Source: Rebecca billardiae RCC1528 (lineage: Eukaryota; Protista; Haptophyta). From it: 64,000 nucleotides of DNA. The first letter of the stretch is position 1; every line of letters starts with the position of its first letter. The notes below the pieces were generated by a model. It made no database searches. It was given only the letters and a program-made list of their open reading frames with translations, and was not told where the DNA came from. The position numbers were made by a program, and so were the translations under genes. This document shows positions 23,351-33,747 of this stretch, piece after piece. The DNA lies in assembly GCA_965240325.2 (NCBI GenBank), contig OZ251227.1, positions 310,001-374,000 of the forward strand. The letters run 5' to 3'.

Positions 23351-24295
23351 TCAAGTGCGCAGGCCGCCCGTCCAATGCGTCGTTAGGCTGCCACGCTTGG
23401 GGCCGTGATCAGGGCCTCCTTGCTTGTGCATTTGAGTCCACGTCGAGCGATCGTCATAGAAGCGGTTGTACTGCGGCTTGGTCACGCTGGTGTACTTGAT
23501 TGAAGGCGCGCCACCCGCGCTCGGCAGGGGGATAGTCGTCAGAGGCGGCGTCAAGGGGCGCTGCAGCTCGTCCTTGCGCCAGCCCGCGGCCGCCAAGTCA
23601 GGGGTGGCGCTGGAGCGCCGCGCCGCCAACGTCGAAGTGGCCAGCGGGGGCGTCGTGTCGCGGCGCGTCTCATTCTTGCGCGCCGATGTGTATTCCGGTG
23701 CGGCGCTGGAGCGGCGGGGCCCCTCCACCTCGCGCGTTGCCCGATAGACCACCTCCGACGCGCGGCGCCTCGAGTTCGCCTCGGCGTCGGCGCCAGTGTG
23801 GGGCTGCGACTGCTCGCGCTTGAGGTCGCGGCCGATGTGCACGGGCTTGTGCCCACGCCCTTTCGGGACGGCTTCTGGCCCGCCGTTCTTGTGCAGCGCA
23901 TTCCATGTCGAGCGATCATCGTAGAAGCGGTTGTACTCGGCCTTGGTCACGCCATTGTACGCGACTCCGAGGCCGTCACGCAAGGTGCCGGAGGAAGGGT
24001 CCGCCGCCTCGGTCGAGAGGAGGCGCTGCAGGTAGATCGCGACGGGCAACTCCTTGGCCTTCGCACAACACTGGATTGCGAAGCAGAACTGGTCGTAGCT
24101 GATGCGCTTGCGGCCGTGCCCCGCCTTGGTGAAAGCGAGGTCGACGGTCGTGAGGGTCACCTTGGCGTCGATGCCGCCGCGGTCGCGCATGAACTTGGCA
24201 AAGTTGCGCGATGTCATGCCGGCGCCGCCGATGCCGTCACCACCAAAGCGGCAGTAGTGGTCGTAGAGCAAGTAGAGCGCGCTCTCGGCCTCCAT
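23351..24295 (-). CDS. TPPP/p25-alpha family protein (short type) with a duplicated C-terminal motif
   Basis: MTSRNFAKFMRD, TTVDLAFTKA and RISYDQF. YNRFYDDRSTWxxxHKxGGP occurs twice. Confidence 0.85.
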   Translation of the reverse strand: MEAESALYLLYDHYCRFGGDGIGGAGMTSRNFAKFMRDRGGIDAKVTLTTVDLAFTKAGHGRKRISYDQFCFAIQCCAKAKELPVAIYLQRLLSTEAADPSSGTLRDGLGVAYNGVTKAEYNRFYDDRSTWNALHKNGGPEAVPKGRGHKPVHIGRDLKREQSQPHTGADAEANSRRRASEVVYRATREVEGPRRSSAAPEYTSARKNETRRDTTPPLATSTLAARRSSATPDLAAAGWRKDELQRPLTPPLTTIPLPSAGGAPSIKYTSVTKPQYNRFYDDRSTWTQMHKQGGPDHGPKRGSLTTHWTGGLRT

Positions 24296-24543
24296 CTCGA
24301 TCGGCCGGAGCGTGTTGTGGAAGGAGTGCTTTCAGCTCAGGCAGTGCTGATTCGCCTCGGACGGTGGCGTTGGGGCCAGCCGGTGGTCACAAAGGCTCCA
24401 CTCGGGCGGTGAAAGGCTGATCATCATGAAAGCCGACGACGAAGCAGGAAAACTCGACGCGAATACACAGTACTGTATGGGGGTAAGGGTTTTTGGAAGG
24501 CGGTAGTCGTCCTTCCCTGATGGGTTAAACTTAAAGCCAACTA

Positions 24544-25342
24544 CAGTCCCCTCAACAATTGGTTACCCCTGTGTTTGGCTGTCTATACCAGCTCAGTCAC
24601 TGTTTGAGGCCCACTGCTGCATGCTATCTGTTACTGCACCTATAGCCCTCACAGACCAGGTGGGTATGAGCTGGGCGGGTGTGTGGGCTGAGTCAGTCAG
24701 ATAAATTGAATGCAGGTGCACAACCGGCTGACGGGTGCTGCGCGGGGGTGCTGGACCACCACGAGGGCAGGCAGGGATGGAAATTCACCCCCTGAGCAGG
24801 CTGTGGGCTGGCTGGCTGGGAGTGTAGCAGCTGTATAGTGGGCCCTGGCGCTGCAGCTGGATGGCCTTTGATACTGCCTAGCAGCCAGCCTAGCAGCACA
24901 GCCTGGCGTGAGCAGTGCGGTTTCAGTGCGCAGGCCACGTCTCTGCGGGTGGTGGTCGGGGAATGGCCACCACAGTGCACCAGATGCACCTAGCCTGCCA
25001 GCGGCCCACCTGCTGATTGGGTATGCCCTGTAGCACAGCACACGAGGCTCCGCCGAAAATCAGCGGCGCGCTGTGCTACAAGCTGGGCTGAAAGGGGTGT
25101 GGGAGCCAGTCCGGAGAGCCTGTCGGCCACTGTCACGTCCGAGCTGGCCGGCTTCACGTGCTGCCCAGAGGAGTCCTCCAATTGTCACTCACCCGGCTGA
25201 AGCCATGATGGGCGGGTGCAGCTCGACCGAATGGAGAGTGCTGGGGCCGCAGGTGCCCGTCATGCAAGCCTAGGCGGCCAGGAGAAGGTGTGATGTGCAG
25301 GTGTGCTCTCCATAGGGTAATTTATTGTTGAGACGAGGACTG
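24544..25342. mobile_element. Decayed non-autonomous Tc1/mariner-type DNA element, CpG-depleted
   Basis: Imperfect ~30-bp TIRs: CAGTCCCCCTCAACAATTGGTTACCCCTGTG and CATAGGGTAATTTATTGTTGAGACGAGGACTG. Each end is flanked by TA. Confidence 0.75.
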
Positions 25343-25492
25343 TACCAGCATCAATCTAGCTAGCTTAACCTAGCACTGTCTAACTAACTGCTTCGGATGA
25401 ACCAATGCAGTCACTGTCGTTACGCAGATACAGCAGTAGGGTGGACAACTATAGGCTGGCCTCGTCATTACGCGACGCTATATGGCTAGCTG

Positions 25493-28400
25493 CTACGATT
25501 CGTCTCGTGCTCGCTTCTTCATGCCGGGCTGCCCGGCCGCTCCGCCGCATCCTGCCGCGCCGCCAAAGTATCTGTCGATGCGGTTGCTGCTCGACGCCAG
25601 GGGCGCGGCGGAGCACCCCGGCGTCGCGCCGGCGCTGCCGCCCGCAGCGTCGGCGGCGGCCAGCTTGGCGCCGGCGTGGCCGTCGATCGCGCGCGACACC
25701 GTGTCGAGCTTGCGGTTGACGGTGGGCCAGATCATGTCGTCTACCGAGCCCTTCATCAGCAAGTAGGCGACCTCGACCGGCTGTGTCTGGCCGATGCGGT
25801 GCGCGCGGTCCTCCGCCTGCTGCAGGTCGGAGACGTTCCACGTGAGCTCGAGGAAGACGATCAGCGTGGCCTGCGTGAGCGTGAGGCCCGTGCCGGCGGC
25901 GGTGATGCCAAGGACGGCGACGCGCACGTCCTGCTGCGCCTGGAACGCCTCGACGCGCTCGGCGCGCTGCGCGCTCGGCGTCTGGCCGTCGATCCGCACG
26001 TGCCGCACGCGCGCGCTCTCGAGCGCGCCGCACAGCGAGTCGAGCACGGCGCGGTGGTGCGCGAACGCCAGCAGCTTGACGCCGCGGTCGAGCGCGCGCT
26101 GGACGAAGGCGACGGCGGGCGGCGCCTTGACCGCGCCCGAGACCGTGTACAGCGCCGTGAGCTCGGTCGAGTCGCGCGCGAGCGCGCGCGCGCCGCCCTT
26201 AGCGCCGGCCGCCTCCGCGGCCGCGCGCGCGGCGCGCAGCTCGGCCGCCGCCGCCGCGCTCGCCGGCTCGAGCCAGACGGTGCGGCGCGTCTTCGGCGGG
26301 AGCTGCGCGAGCACGTCCGCCTTGGTGCGGCGCACCATCACCGTGCCCGTGAGCACCTTGTGCAGCTCGTCCAGGTTGCTCCGGCCGCTCACGTCCCAGC
26401 CGTACCGCCCCTGGTGCGCCGCGCAGTAGCGCAGCGTGAACTCGTCGTATGAGCAGAACACGCGCGGCTGCAGCAGCTGCAGCTGCGAGAAGAGCTCGGC
26501 GGGGCGGGACGTGGCGGGCGTGCCCGAGAGCAGCACGCACCGCCTCGCGCGCGCCGCGAGCGGCTGCACCGCCTTCGTCCGCTTCGCCTCGAGCGTCTTG
26601 AGGTTGTGGCTCTCATCACACACGAGCACGCCAAACCCGCGCCCGCCGCGCACCGCGCCCAGCCGCTCGCCCATCTTCTCGGCGAGCGCGTACGTGAGGA
26701 TGACGACGTGCGCGTCGTCGCGCGGCTCGTCCTTGCCGCTCGCGATCAGCTGCACGCACGCGTTCTGCAGCACCTCCTCGGGCAGCCACTTGAGCAGCTC
26801 CGCGCGCCAGTTCGCCGCGAGCGACGGCGGCGCGAGCACGAGCGCAGGCCAGTCGGCGCGGTACGCGGCGAGCACGCAGATCGCCTGCACCGTCTTGCCC
26901 AGCCCCATCTCGTCCGCGATCAGCACGCGGCCGTCGCAGCGCAGCGCGAACGAGACGCCCTCGCGCTGGTACGGCATCAGCCGGCCGAGCACCTCCGCCG
27001 GCACCGCCTCCTCGAGCGCGCGCGCCGGCGCCGCGGCGTGCGCGCGCTCGAGCTCGGCCGCGAGCGCGGCCGCGCGCTGCGGCATCGGCGGCAGCGGCTC
27101 CACCGCCACGCTCACGTCGGCGCGCGCGCGCAGCGCGGCGAGGTTGGCCTCGGTGAGTCGCCACACGCGCTGCCGCTCGTCGAACGCGCCCTGCGCGCAC
27201 GCCCCGCGCAGGAGCGCGTTCAGCTGCGCGCGCGCGCCCGGCGCGGCCTCGGGCACGTGGTACTCCAGACGGCCGCGCTCGCCCAGCTCGGCGCGCGCGT
27301 GCACGCGCACGCTTGGCGGCGGCGGCGGCGGCGGCTGTGGCGGCTGCGGCGGTGGGTGCGGCGGCAGGCGTGGCGGCGCGGGCTGGGCGGCTGTCTGGGC
27401 AGGCGGTACCGCTGCCGAGCGCGCCACCTCTGGCTGAGCTCGCTGCTCTGGCGGCTGGGGCGGCAGCGAGGGTGCCCATGGCGATGGCGGCAGCGGAGTC
27501 GCGTGCGCTGGATGGAAAGGCTGCGGCTGCGGCTGTGGCTGCTGCTGCTGCTGTTGCGGCGGCGGCGGCTGCTGCTGCTGCGGCTGCTGTGGCTGCGGCT
27601 GCTGCGGCTGCGGCCGCTGCGGCTGCGGCTGCGGCTGCGGCTGCTGCTGCGGCTGCTGCGGCTGCGGCTGCTGCGGCTGCGGCTGCTGCGGCTGCTGCTG
27701 CTGCTGCTGCTGCTGTGGCTGCTGCTGCGGCAGCGGCTGCTGCTCCTGCTGGTGCTGGTGCTGGCGCTGGTGCTGGTGCTCCGGCGGCTGGTGCAGCTGG
27801 TGCTGGTGCTGCGGCGGCTCGTGCTGCCGAGCTGCCGGCGGCCATGGTGGTGGTGGCTTTGCCGCGCACGGTGCCGCCGCCGCCTCTGCCGCGCACCCTG
27901 GCCCCCTCGGCTGCAGCTCCGGCTGCCGTGCTGGGCAGGCCGCTGGGGACGGCGCCGACTGGACCTCCGTCAGCGCGAGAGGCGCGTGCGGCGGCGGCGC
28001 GTGCGGCGCCTGCGCCTGCGCTGCGCACGCCCGGCCCAGCGGGCTGCCAGCCGCAGGGCTGCCCGCTGCCGGCGCACCGCCCAGCCGAGGCGAGCCTCCT
28101 GCTGACGCAGGTGAGCGGAGGGTCGGTATGCGGATCTCGCGCCAGCTGGACGAGGGCGCGCGCTGCGTGCCGCACTGCGCGCACGCACTCGAATCCGCGA
28201 CATTGTCGCCCGCGCCGCACACGGCGCACGCCCACACGCGCACGATTCGAAAGCCGCCTGCCACGAGCGCGTGTGGATTCGCTCGCGCAGGCACCACAGG
28301 GCAGGTCGGGGCCAGCGGCTGCGCCGGGTGCGTGGCCGATGGGCGACCGCCGATCGGTGCATGTTGAGCGGCTGGCGGGGTCGTCGCGTGCGGATGCGGC

Positions 28401-28585
28401 CGCGCGCACGCGGCGTGAGCCCCCGCAGCGCCCGTGTGTGCGTTGGAGAGTGGCAGCAGGGGGCCCTTGGATGTGCTCAGCATGGAGGCTCGACGGGCGA
28501 GCGCCTCCTGCCGCTTGCGCTCGATCTCGGCGGGTGAGCATCGCGAGCCTGCGGGCGGCGCTGAGGCTGGCGGCGCAGGCTGCAT
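25493..28585 (-). CDS. SMARCAL1: SMARCAL1/ZRANB3-family SNF2 annealing helicase
   Basis: Helicase motifs LIADEMGLGKT, DESH, LLSGTP..SRP.EL, RIDG and QAEDRAHRIGQ. N-terminal EIERKRQEALARR, a WxCxxC...CxxC finger, a HARP-like region and a polyQ/P tract. Confidence 0.9.
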   Translation of the reverse strand: MQPAPPASAPPAGSRCSPAEIERKRQEALARRASMLSTSKGPLLPLSNAHTGAAGAHAACARPHPHATTPPAAQHAPIGGRPSATHPAQPLAPTCPVVPARANPHALVAGGFRIVRVWACAVCGAGDNVADSSACAQCGTQRAPSSSWREIRIPTLRSPASAGGSPRLGGAPAAGSPAAGSPLGRACAAQAQAPHAPPPHAPLALTEVQSAPSPAACPARQPELQPRGPGCAAEAAAAPCAAKPPPPWPPAARQHEPPQHQHQLHQPPEHQHQRQHQHQQEQQPLPQQQPQQQQQQQQPQQPQPQQPQPQQPQQQPQPQPQPQRPQPQQPQPQQPQQQQPPPPQQQQQQPQPQPQPFHPAHATPLPPSPWAPSLPPQPPEQRAQPEVARSAAVPPAQTAAQPAPPRLPPHPPPQPPQPPPPPPPSVRVHARAELGERGRLEYHVPEAAPGARAQLNALLRGACAQGAFDERQRVWRLTEANLAALRARADVSVAVEPLPPMPQRAAALAAELERAHAAAPARALEEAVPAEVLGRLMPYQREGVSFALRCDGRVLIADEMGLGKTVQAICVLAAYRADWPALVLAPPSLAANWRAELLKWLPEEVLQNACVQLIASGKDEPRDDAHVVILTYALAEKMGERLGAVRGGRGFGVLVCDESHNLKTLEAKRTKAVQPLAARARRCVLLSGTPATSRPAELFSQLQLLQPRVFCSYDEFTLRYCAAHQGRYGWDVSGRSNLDELHKVLTGTVMVRRTKADVLAQLPPKTRRTVWLEPASAAAAAELRAARAAAEAAGAKGGARALARDSTELTALYTVSGAVKAPPAVAFVQRALDRGVKLLAFAHHRAVLDSLCGALESARVRHVRIDGQTPSAQRAERVEAFQAQQDVRVAVLGITAAGTGLTLTQATLIVFLELTWNVSDLQQAEDRAHRIGQTQPVEVAYLLMKGSVDDMIWPTVNRKLDTVSRAIDGHAGAKLAAADAAGGSAGATPGCSAAPLASSSNRIDRYFGGAAGCGGAAGQPGMKKRARDES
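27520..27815. repeat. Coding trinucleotide repeat (poly-Q/P tract in the helicase)
   Basis: gctgctgc/ggctgcgg arrays encode QQPQ repeats on the minus strand. Confidence 0.9.
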
Positions 28586-28825
28586 GGCTGGCAAGATCCC
28601 GCTGCTCGTCGCGAACGAGCCCGACTCCTCCCAGGCCACCACCACCGCACTCCCCGAGAGTGAGCTTTTGCCACCGGCTGGTGGTTGCTCAGGCCGAGCA
28701 AGGTCAGGAGGACGCACGGTCCGGTGCGTGTGTCCGGAGGGCCCGGCGTTTGGCCAGAACCGATCCGGGTGCACGCTGGATCCCGGGGTTGCTCAGCAGC
28801 GGCAGCGGTGGCAGCCGCCGACAGG

Positions 28826-31800
28826 ATGCGCGGCGCCGGCTTCCGCCACGCCCTCGTCGCGGCCGCACTCGCGTGCGCGGGCGGCAGAGCGCGCGCGGAC
28901 GGCGAGGTGCCCGGCCGCGTGTTCACATCGCAGACGTGCGGCTCGATCCTCGAGCCGCTGCCCGGCATCTTCCGCACGGCGAGCGCGTGCGCAGACGCTC
29001 TCGTGCGCGGGCCGCGCAGCGAGTACGCCGACTTCTTCAGCTGGGGCGAGGGGGACAGCCGGTGCTACCCGTGCCCGGGGCAGGCGGTGCGCCAGCGCTG
29101 GCCTGACCTGTTTGGCGGGCACGACATCTACAGCACCAGCGAGCTCGCCGGCCCGCGCGCGCCGGCGCCGCCGCGCTCGCCCTCGCCGCCGCGGCCGCCG
29201 CCCTCGCCTCCGCCGCCGCTCGGCTCGGGGCTGCTGTTCCCGGGGTACTTCTGCGGCGATGTGCGACAGCCGGCGGCGACGAAGGCACTCTTCCCCTCCG
29301 CCTGCCCCGAGCGCATGCGCCTCTTCGGCGCCTCCGAGCTCGCGCCGTACTTTGCGTGGTCGGCGGAGACACGCATGTGCTATGCGTGCGCGCGCGCGCA
29401 GCTGGGCGCGCGCACGCGGAACGCGCGGTTCGGCGTGTACCGCACGGCGGACTACAAGGTGGAGCTCACGCCGCCGCACACCGACGTCGACGACCCCGCC
29501 GCCGCCGCCGCCGCGTCGTTCGGCGGGCTGCCCACGCAGCGCGGCAGCGGGTGCGGCACGCTGCTCGGCGCGGCCGAGTCTGCGTTTGCATGCGCGCGCC
29601 GCGTGTCTGAGGGCGCGCGCTCGTTGCCGTTCATGAGCTGGTCGGCGAGCGCGCGGCTGTGCTTTGCGTGCTCGTCGGAGCAGCTGCAGCAGCTCAACGC
29701 CGACCCGGCGTACGACATCTACTCCGTGCGCGGCGTGCTCAGCGCGCTGCCGGCGCCGCCCTCGCCGCCCTCACCGCCCGCGCCGCCCATCGTCTCGCCG
29801 CCGCCGCCCGCGCCGCTGCCCGCGGCCAACGCGACGTCGGGGCTCTTGTTCGACGGGTACGGCTGCGGCGCGTTCGTCTCGTACGGCACGCCGACGCCCG
29901 CCGCGTGCGCCGAGCGCGTCCGCGCGTCGAGCGCGGCCGATCGCTCCGTGCGCTGGTTCTCGCTCTCGCGCGACGGCGGCTGCTTCCGGTGCGACCTCGC
30001 GCAGCTGGGGCGGCGGCAGCGCAGCGCGGGCTTCAGCGTGTTCGCGCTCGAGCACTTCGGCGGCGGCGGCGGCGGCGGGGCGGGCGGGCACGGCTCGCCG
30101 GCGCCGCACGCCGCGGGGTCGGCGCCGCCGAGCGCGCCGCCGAGCGCGCCGCACTCCGCAGCGGCCGGCACCGTCCCCGCGGCCGGCCGGCCGCTCGTCG
30201 AGTTTGCGGGCGCGCGCTGCGGCTTCAAGCACTGGCCGGATGCGGTGGGCGTGGCCTCTGCGCAGGCGTGCGCGCGCGAGCTGAGCGGCGCGGGCGCGCT
30301 GCGCCACTTCGCGTACAGCGAGCGCATGCAGCTGTGCTTCCGCTGCGACGACGCCCAGGTCGCCGGCCGCTGGGCTGACACGCTCTACACCATCTACGCG
30401 CCCCGCGGCGGCGGCGGCGAGGTCGGCGCGCCGTCGCCGCCGCCGCCAGCGCGGCGCGCGCGGCCGTCCGCGCGCGCGCGGAGGAGCCCGTCGCCGCCGC
30501 CGCCATCGCCGACGGCGGCGCCGCCTGCCTCGCCGCCGCCACCGCCGCTCGTCCGCTCGCCGCCGCCGCCGCCGCCCGTCTCCGCGGCGCTTCGTGCCGG
30601 CGTCGTGGCGGAGGGCGCGCGCTGCGGCAGCCAGCTGCTGTCGGCGGGCGCGGCCGACGCGCGCGCGTGCGCCAAGCTGGCGGGCGCGCGGCTCGTGTCC
30701 GCGTCGCACTTCGCGTTCGGCGCGCGCGGCGGCAGCCGGGGCGCGTGCTACGCGTGCACGCTCGCGGACGCGGCGGCGCGCGTGCACGACGCCGGCTTCG
30801 ACCTCTACTCCCGCGCGCTCGTCGAGGGCGACACGCAGCTGCCGCCGGCGGCGGTCGGCGGCGCGAGCGCGGGGAGCGCGCACCGCGCGCGCGCGTGCGA
30901 GCGGCCGCTCGGCGACGACGGCGTCGGCGAGCAGCGCGGCTCGCGCGCGCCGCTCCGGCGCGGGCGGACGTGCGGCACGGTGTTCGTCTCCGGCGTCGAC
31001 GCGCCCGCGCAGTGCGCCGAGCTCGCGCTGCGGATGGACGCGCCGGCCTTCTCCTGGTCGGCCAGCTCGCGCCTCTGCTTTGCGTGCGCCGCGCGCCACC
31101 TGGCGCATGACGCGCCGGACGGCGCCGGCTACAGCGTCTACTGCACGCTGCCTTGGATCGAGGGGGCGCACGCGCCGGCGGCGCTCGCGCCCGGCGCAGG
31201 CGGCGGCGCCGGCGGGGGTGGCACTCGGGGCGTCGATGCCGGCGGCGCGCACGCCCGTGCGCATCCCGCCTCGGCGGCCGCGCCGGCGCGGCGCGCGGCC
31301 CCTCCGCCGCCGGCGCCGCCGCCCCCGCGCTCGCCCTCGCCAGACCAGCCGCCGCCGCCGCCATCGCCGAGCCCGCCGCCCAGCCACGAGCCGTTCAGCC
31401 GGCCGCCCACGCGAGCCCCTGCCGCCGCGAACCGCGGCGCGCGCGCCGTCGCGCCGTCGAGCGCCGCCGCGGCGCCGGTGAGCCAGCCCGCGGCCGGCGC
31501 GCGCTCGGCGGCGCCCGCCCCCTCGGCTGCGCTCAGCGCGGCGCGCTGGGGGCGCACGACGCTGCTCGTTGCCGCCGCGCTCGCGCTCGCGGTCGTGGGC
31601 GCGATGGCGGCCGCGGTCGGCGCGGCGGCCGTGATTGCGGCCTGGCGGAGGGAGGGCGAGGCGCACGCGCAGCTGGGGCCGGGCGAGACGGACGAGTACG
31701 ACGCCCACGGCGGCGATGCCGGTCGCGCGCACGCGCACCTCGCGCAGCTCGCGGGCGCGGGCGTCCGACAGGGGGGGGCAGGCTCAGCGTCTCCGCGCGC

Positions 31801-32152
31801 GGGCAGCCCGCACGGCGCGGGCTCGCCCAAGTCGGGCGTGGGCAGCCGACACGGCACGAGCTCGACACAGCCCCCGCAGAGCAGTGCGCACGCGCACTTC
31901 GAGCACGCGGGCGGCCCACCGCTGATCGTGGACGTGATCCAACTGCCGCCCACGCCCACCTCGGAGCGCGAGGCAGCGCGCGCCGGCTCGAGTGCGCTGG
32001 ACGACGCGGCGGAGGAGCGCCGGGCGGCGGCGCGCGCTGCTAGAGGCGAGGAGCCCGCGGATGCTTCGCGCGCCCGGCCGCCACGCGGCGTGCCCAGCCC
32101 CTCGCGCGCTCGACCCGCCTTCAAGCCGGCTGCGCATCGCGAGCTGTTGTAA
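28826..32152 (+). CDS. Type I membrane protein with seven 4-Cys (PAN/apple-like) repeats and Ser/Pro-rich linkers
   Basis: Signal peptide. Seven copies of CG...xCA...F(S/A)(W/Y/F)...C(F/Y)xC...(Y/F)x(I/V)(Y/F). SPPPP linkers and a hydrophobic TM segment near 31560-31645. Confidence 0.8.
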   Translation: MRGAGFRHALVAAALACAGGRARADGEVPGRVFTSQTCGSILEPLPGIFRTASACADALVRGPRSEYADFFSWGEGDSRCYPCPGQAVRQRWPDLFGGHDIYSTSELAGPRAPAPPRSPSPPRPPPSPPPPLGSGLLFPGYFCGDVRQPAATKALFPSACPERMRLFGASELAPYFAWSAETRMCYACARAQLGARTRNARFGVYRTADYKVELTPPHTDVDDPAAAAAASFGGLPTQRGSGCGTLLGAAESAFACARRVSEGARSLPFMSWSASARLCFACSSEQLQQLNADPAYDIYSVRGVLSALPAPPSPPSPPAPPIVSPPPPAPLPAANATSGLLFDGYGCGAFVSYGTPTPAACAERVRASSAADRSVRWFSLSRDGGCFRCDLAQLGRRQRSAGFSVFALEHFGGGGGGGAGGHGSPAPHAAGSAPPSAPPSAPHSAAAGTVPAAGRPLVEFAGARCGFKHWPDAVGVASAQACARELSGAGALRHFAYSERMQLCFRCDDAQVAGRWADTLYTIYAPRGGGGEVGAPSPPPPARRARPSARARRSPSPPPPSPTAAPPASPPPPPLVRSPPPPPPVSAALRAGVVAEGARCGSQLLSAGAADARACAKLAGARLVSASHFAFGARGGSRGACYACTLADAAARVHDAGFDLYSRALVEGDTQLPPAAVGGASAGSAHRARACERPLGDDGVGEQRGSRAPLRRGRTCGTVFVSGVDAPAQCAELALRMDAPAFSWSASSRLCFACAARHLAHDAPDGAGYSVYCTLPWIEGAHAPAALAPGAGGGAGGGGTRGVDAGGAHARAHPASAAAPARRAAPPPPAPPPPRSPSPDQPPPPPSPSPPPSHEPFSRPPTRAPAAANRGARAVAPSSAAAAPVSQPAAGARSAAPAPSAALSAARWGRTTLLVAAALALAVVGAMAAAVGAAAVIAAWRREGEAHAQLGPGETDEYDAHGGDAGRAHAHLAQLAGAGVRQGGAGSASPRAGSPHGAGSPKSGVGSRHGTSSTQPPQSSAHAHFEHAGGPPLIVDVIQLPPTPTSEREAARAGSSALDDAAEERRAAARAARGEEPADASRARPPRGVPSPSRARPAFKPAAHRELL

Positions 32153-32421
32153 AGACTCGGCCGTTAGCCGTCGTCGGCTGCCGCCGGGGGCGTTGTGCAG
32201 CTCGCATGTTCAATGCATGCGGGTGTGCGCCGCCGGCCGAGCGCGCGGGGACCACGGCCGCGGATAGCCACAGCTACACTATTAGACCACCACCTTGAAG
32301 TGGGGACTAGGAAGAAAGAGGCTGACGACGCCATGCTGATGCATCGGGCTCGGCAGCGGCAAGGCTGTGCTGCTGCTGTAACGGTGGTCGAAAGCGCAGT
32401 GGCGTTGGGTGGGTCGACGCC

Positions 32422-33338
32422 ATGGCGAGCACTGCGACGAGCGGCGTGTTCATGCGCGGCGCGCCGCCGGGTGAGGAGACGCAGACAAAGCTGAACGCTC
32501 TGTCTGAGCAGTTCAACAACTTCTTCGGCGATCTCGAGGAGGAGACGGCGGTGCGGAAGAAGGCGGAGGAGTCGCGGTTTGTTCGTATCGAGCGTGAGCT
32601 CGGCCGGCTGGAGAAGGCGATCAACGTGGAGACGCGACGGAGGATAGAAGCGACGAAGCTCCTCCAACAGCAGTTCGAGGACAAGATCGACGCCCTGCAG
32701 CACAGCTTCCGCGACGAGCTCAAGAAGAACACGGAGATGCTGCAGGCGCAGATCACCGACCTCAACGAGAAGGTCGGAGAGCTGGAGGTGCGGATGGACG
32801 AGGAGCGCGAGAACCGCGAGCGCGAGATCCAAAGGCATAACAAGGATGTCCTTGAAAAATTCGACGCGCACACCAAGGAGTTTGAGGTCGAGAAGGTGCG
32901 CGCGCCCCGCGAATCGGCGGCCGCGGGCCTCTCCGAGCGAGCGAAGGGCGTCCGAGCTCACAGCGCGCCCTCGCCCTTCCGCGTGCTCGCGCGGCGCAGG
33001 TCACGCGGCTGGAGCGCGAGGCGCAGCTGCTCAAGCGGATCGGCGACGAGGCCTTCCGCGTGCAGCAGAAGATCGCGCAGGAGCGCATCCAGCGCGACGG
33101 CGAGATTGTGCAGATGAAGGACGAGTTCTGGGCGGCGACCAAGGCGCGCGACAAGGCGGACGAGGTCTTCAAGTCGGAGATGCTGCGCAAGATGGCGGTG
33201 GTGCAGCGCGAGCTCGACGTGGAGACGAAGGCACGCGAGCAGTCGGAGGAGCAGCTCGTCAACGCGATCAACGATTACACCAAGGCGCTGCAGGAAGGCC
33301 TGCGCGTCATCAACAGAACGCGGCCAGAGGAGTCGTGA
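32422..33338 (+). CDS. SF-assemblin / beta-giardin family coiled-coil protein; intron 32896-32999
   Basis: KL..LSEQF..F...LEEET, LEKAINVETRRRIEA and the C-terminal E...RE..EEQLVNAINDYTKALQEGLRVIN. Confidence 0.88.
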
Positions 33339-33747
33339 GACTCCGCGCGGGCAGATCGCCAGATCGGCTCATGCAGTCATCGGGGCCGTCGGCGCATGCA
33401 TGCCACATGGGCCGCATGTTGACTCTACAGCGCAGTACGTAGTATATGTCACTCACAATACAGAATCGTGACGCAGGGGGCACCAGTGCCAGCATGACGC
33501 GGTGACACCCCGAGTTCTGCTACCGTATTCTGATCACGGCCAAAGCGCCCCATTCAGTTCGTTGTCGTCGAATTTGTTGATGATGTACATTCGTGAAACA
33601 GTGATGATGGTTCCAGCAGCGGCGGCTTCATCTTCAAGCGCCAACCGACATGTCGCCATAGTTCGCGTGACAACTCACGGCCATCTTTCATATCCCGCAA
33701 CGGCAGATACGACCATCGGCGCAGGCCGCTCGTCGTAACGCACGGCC

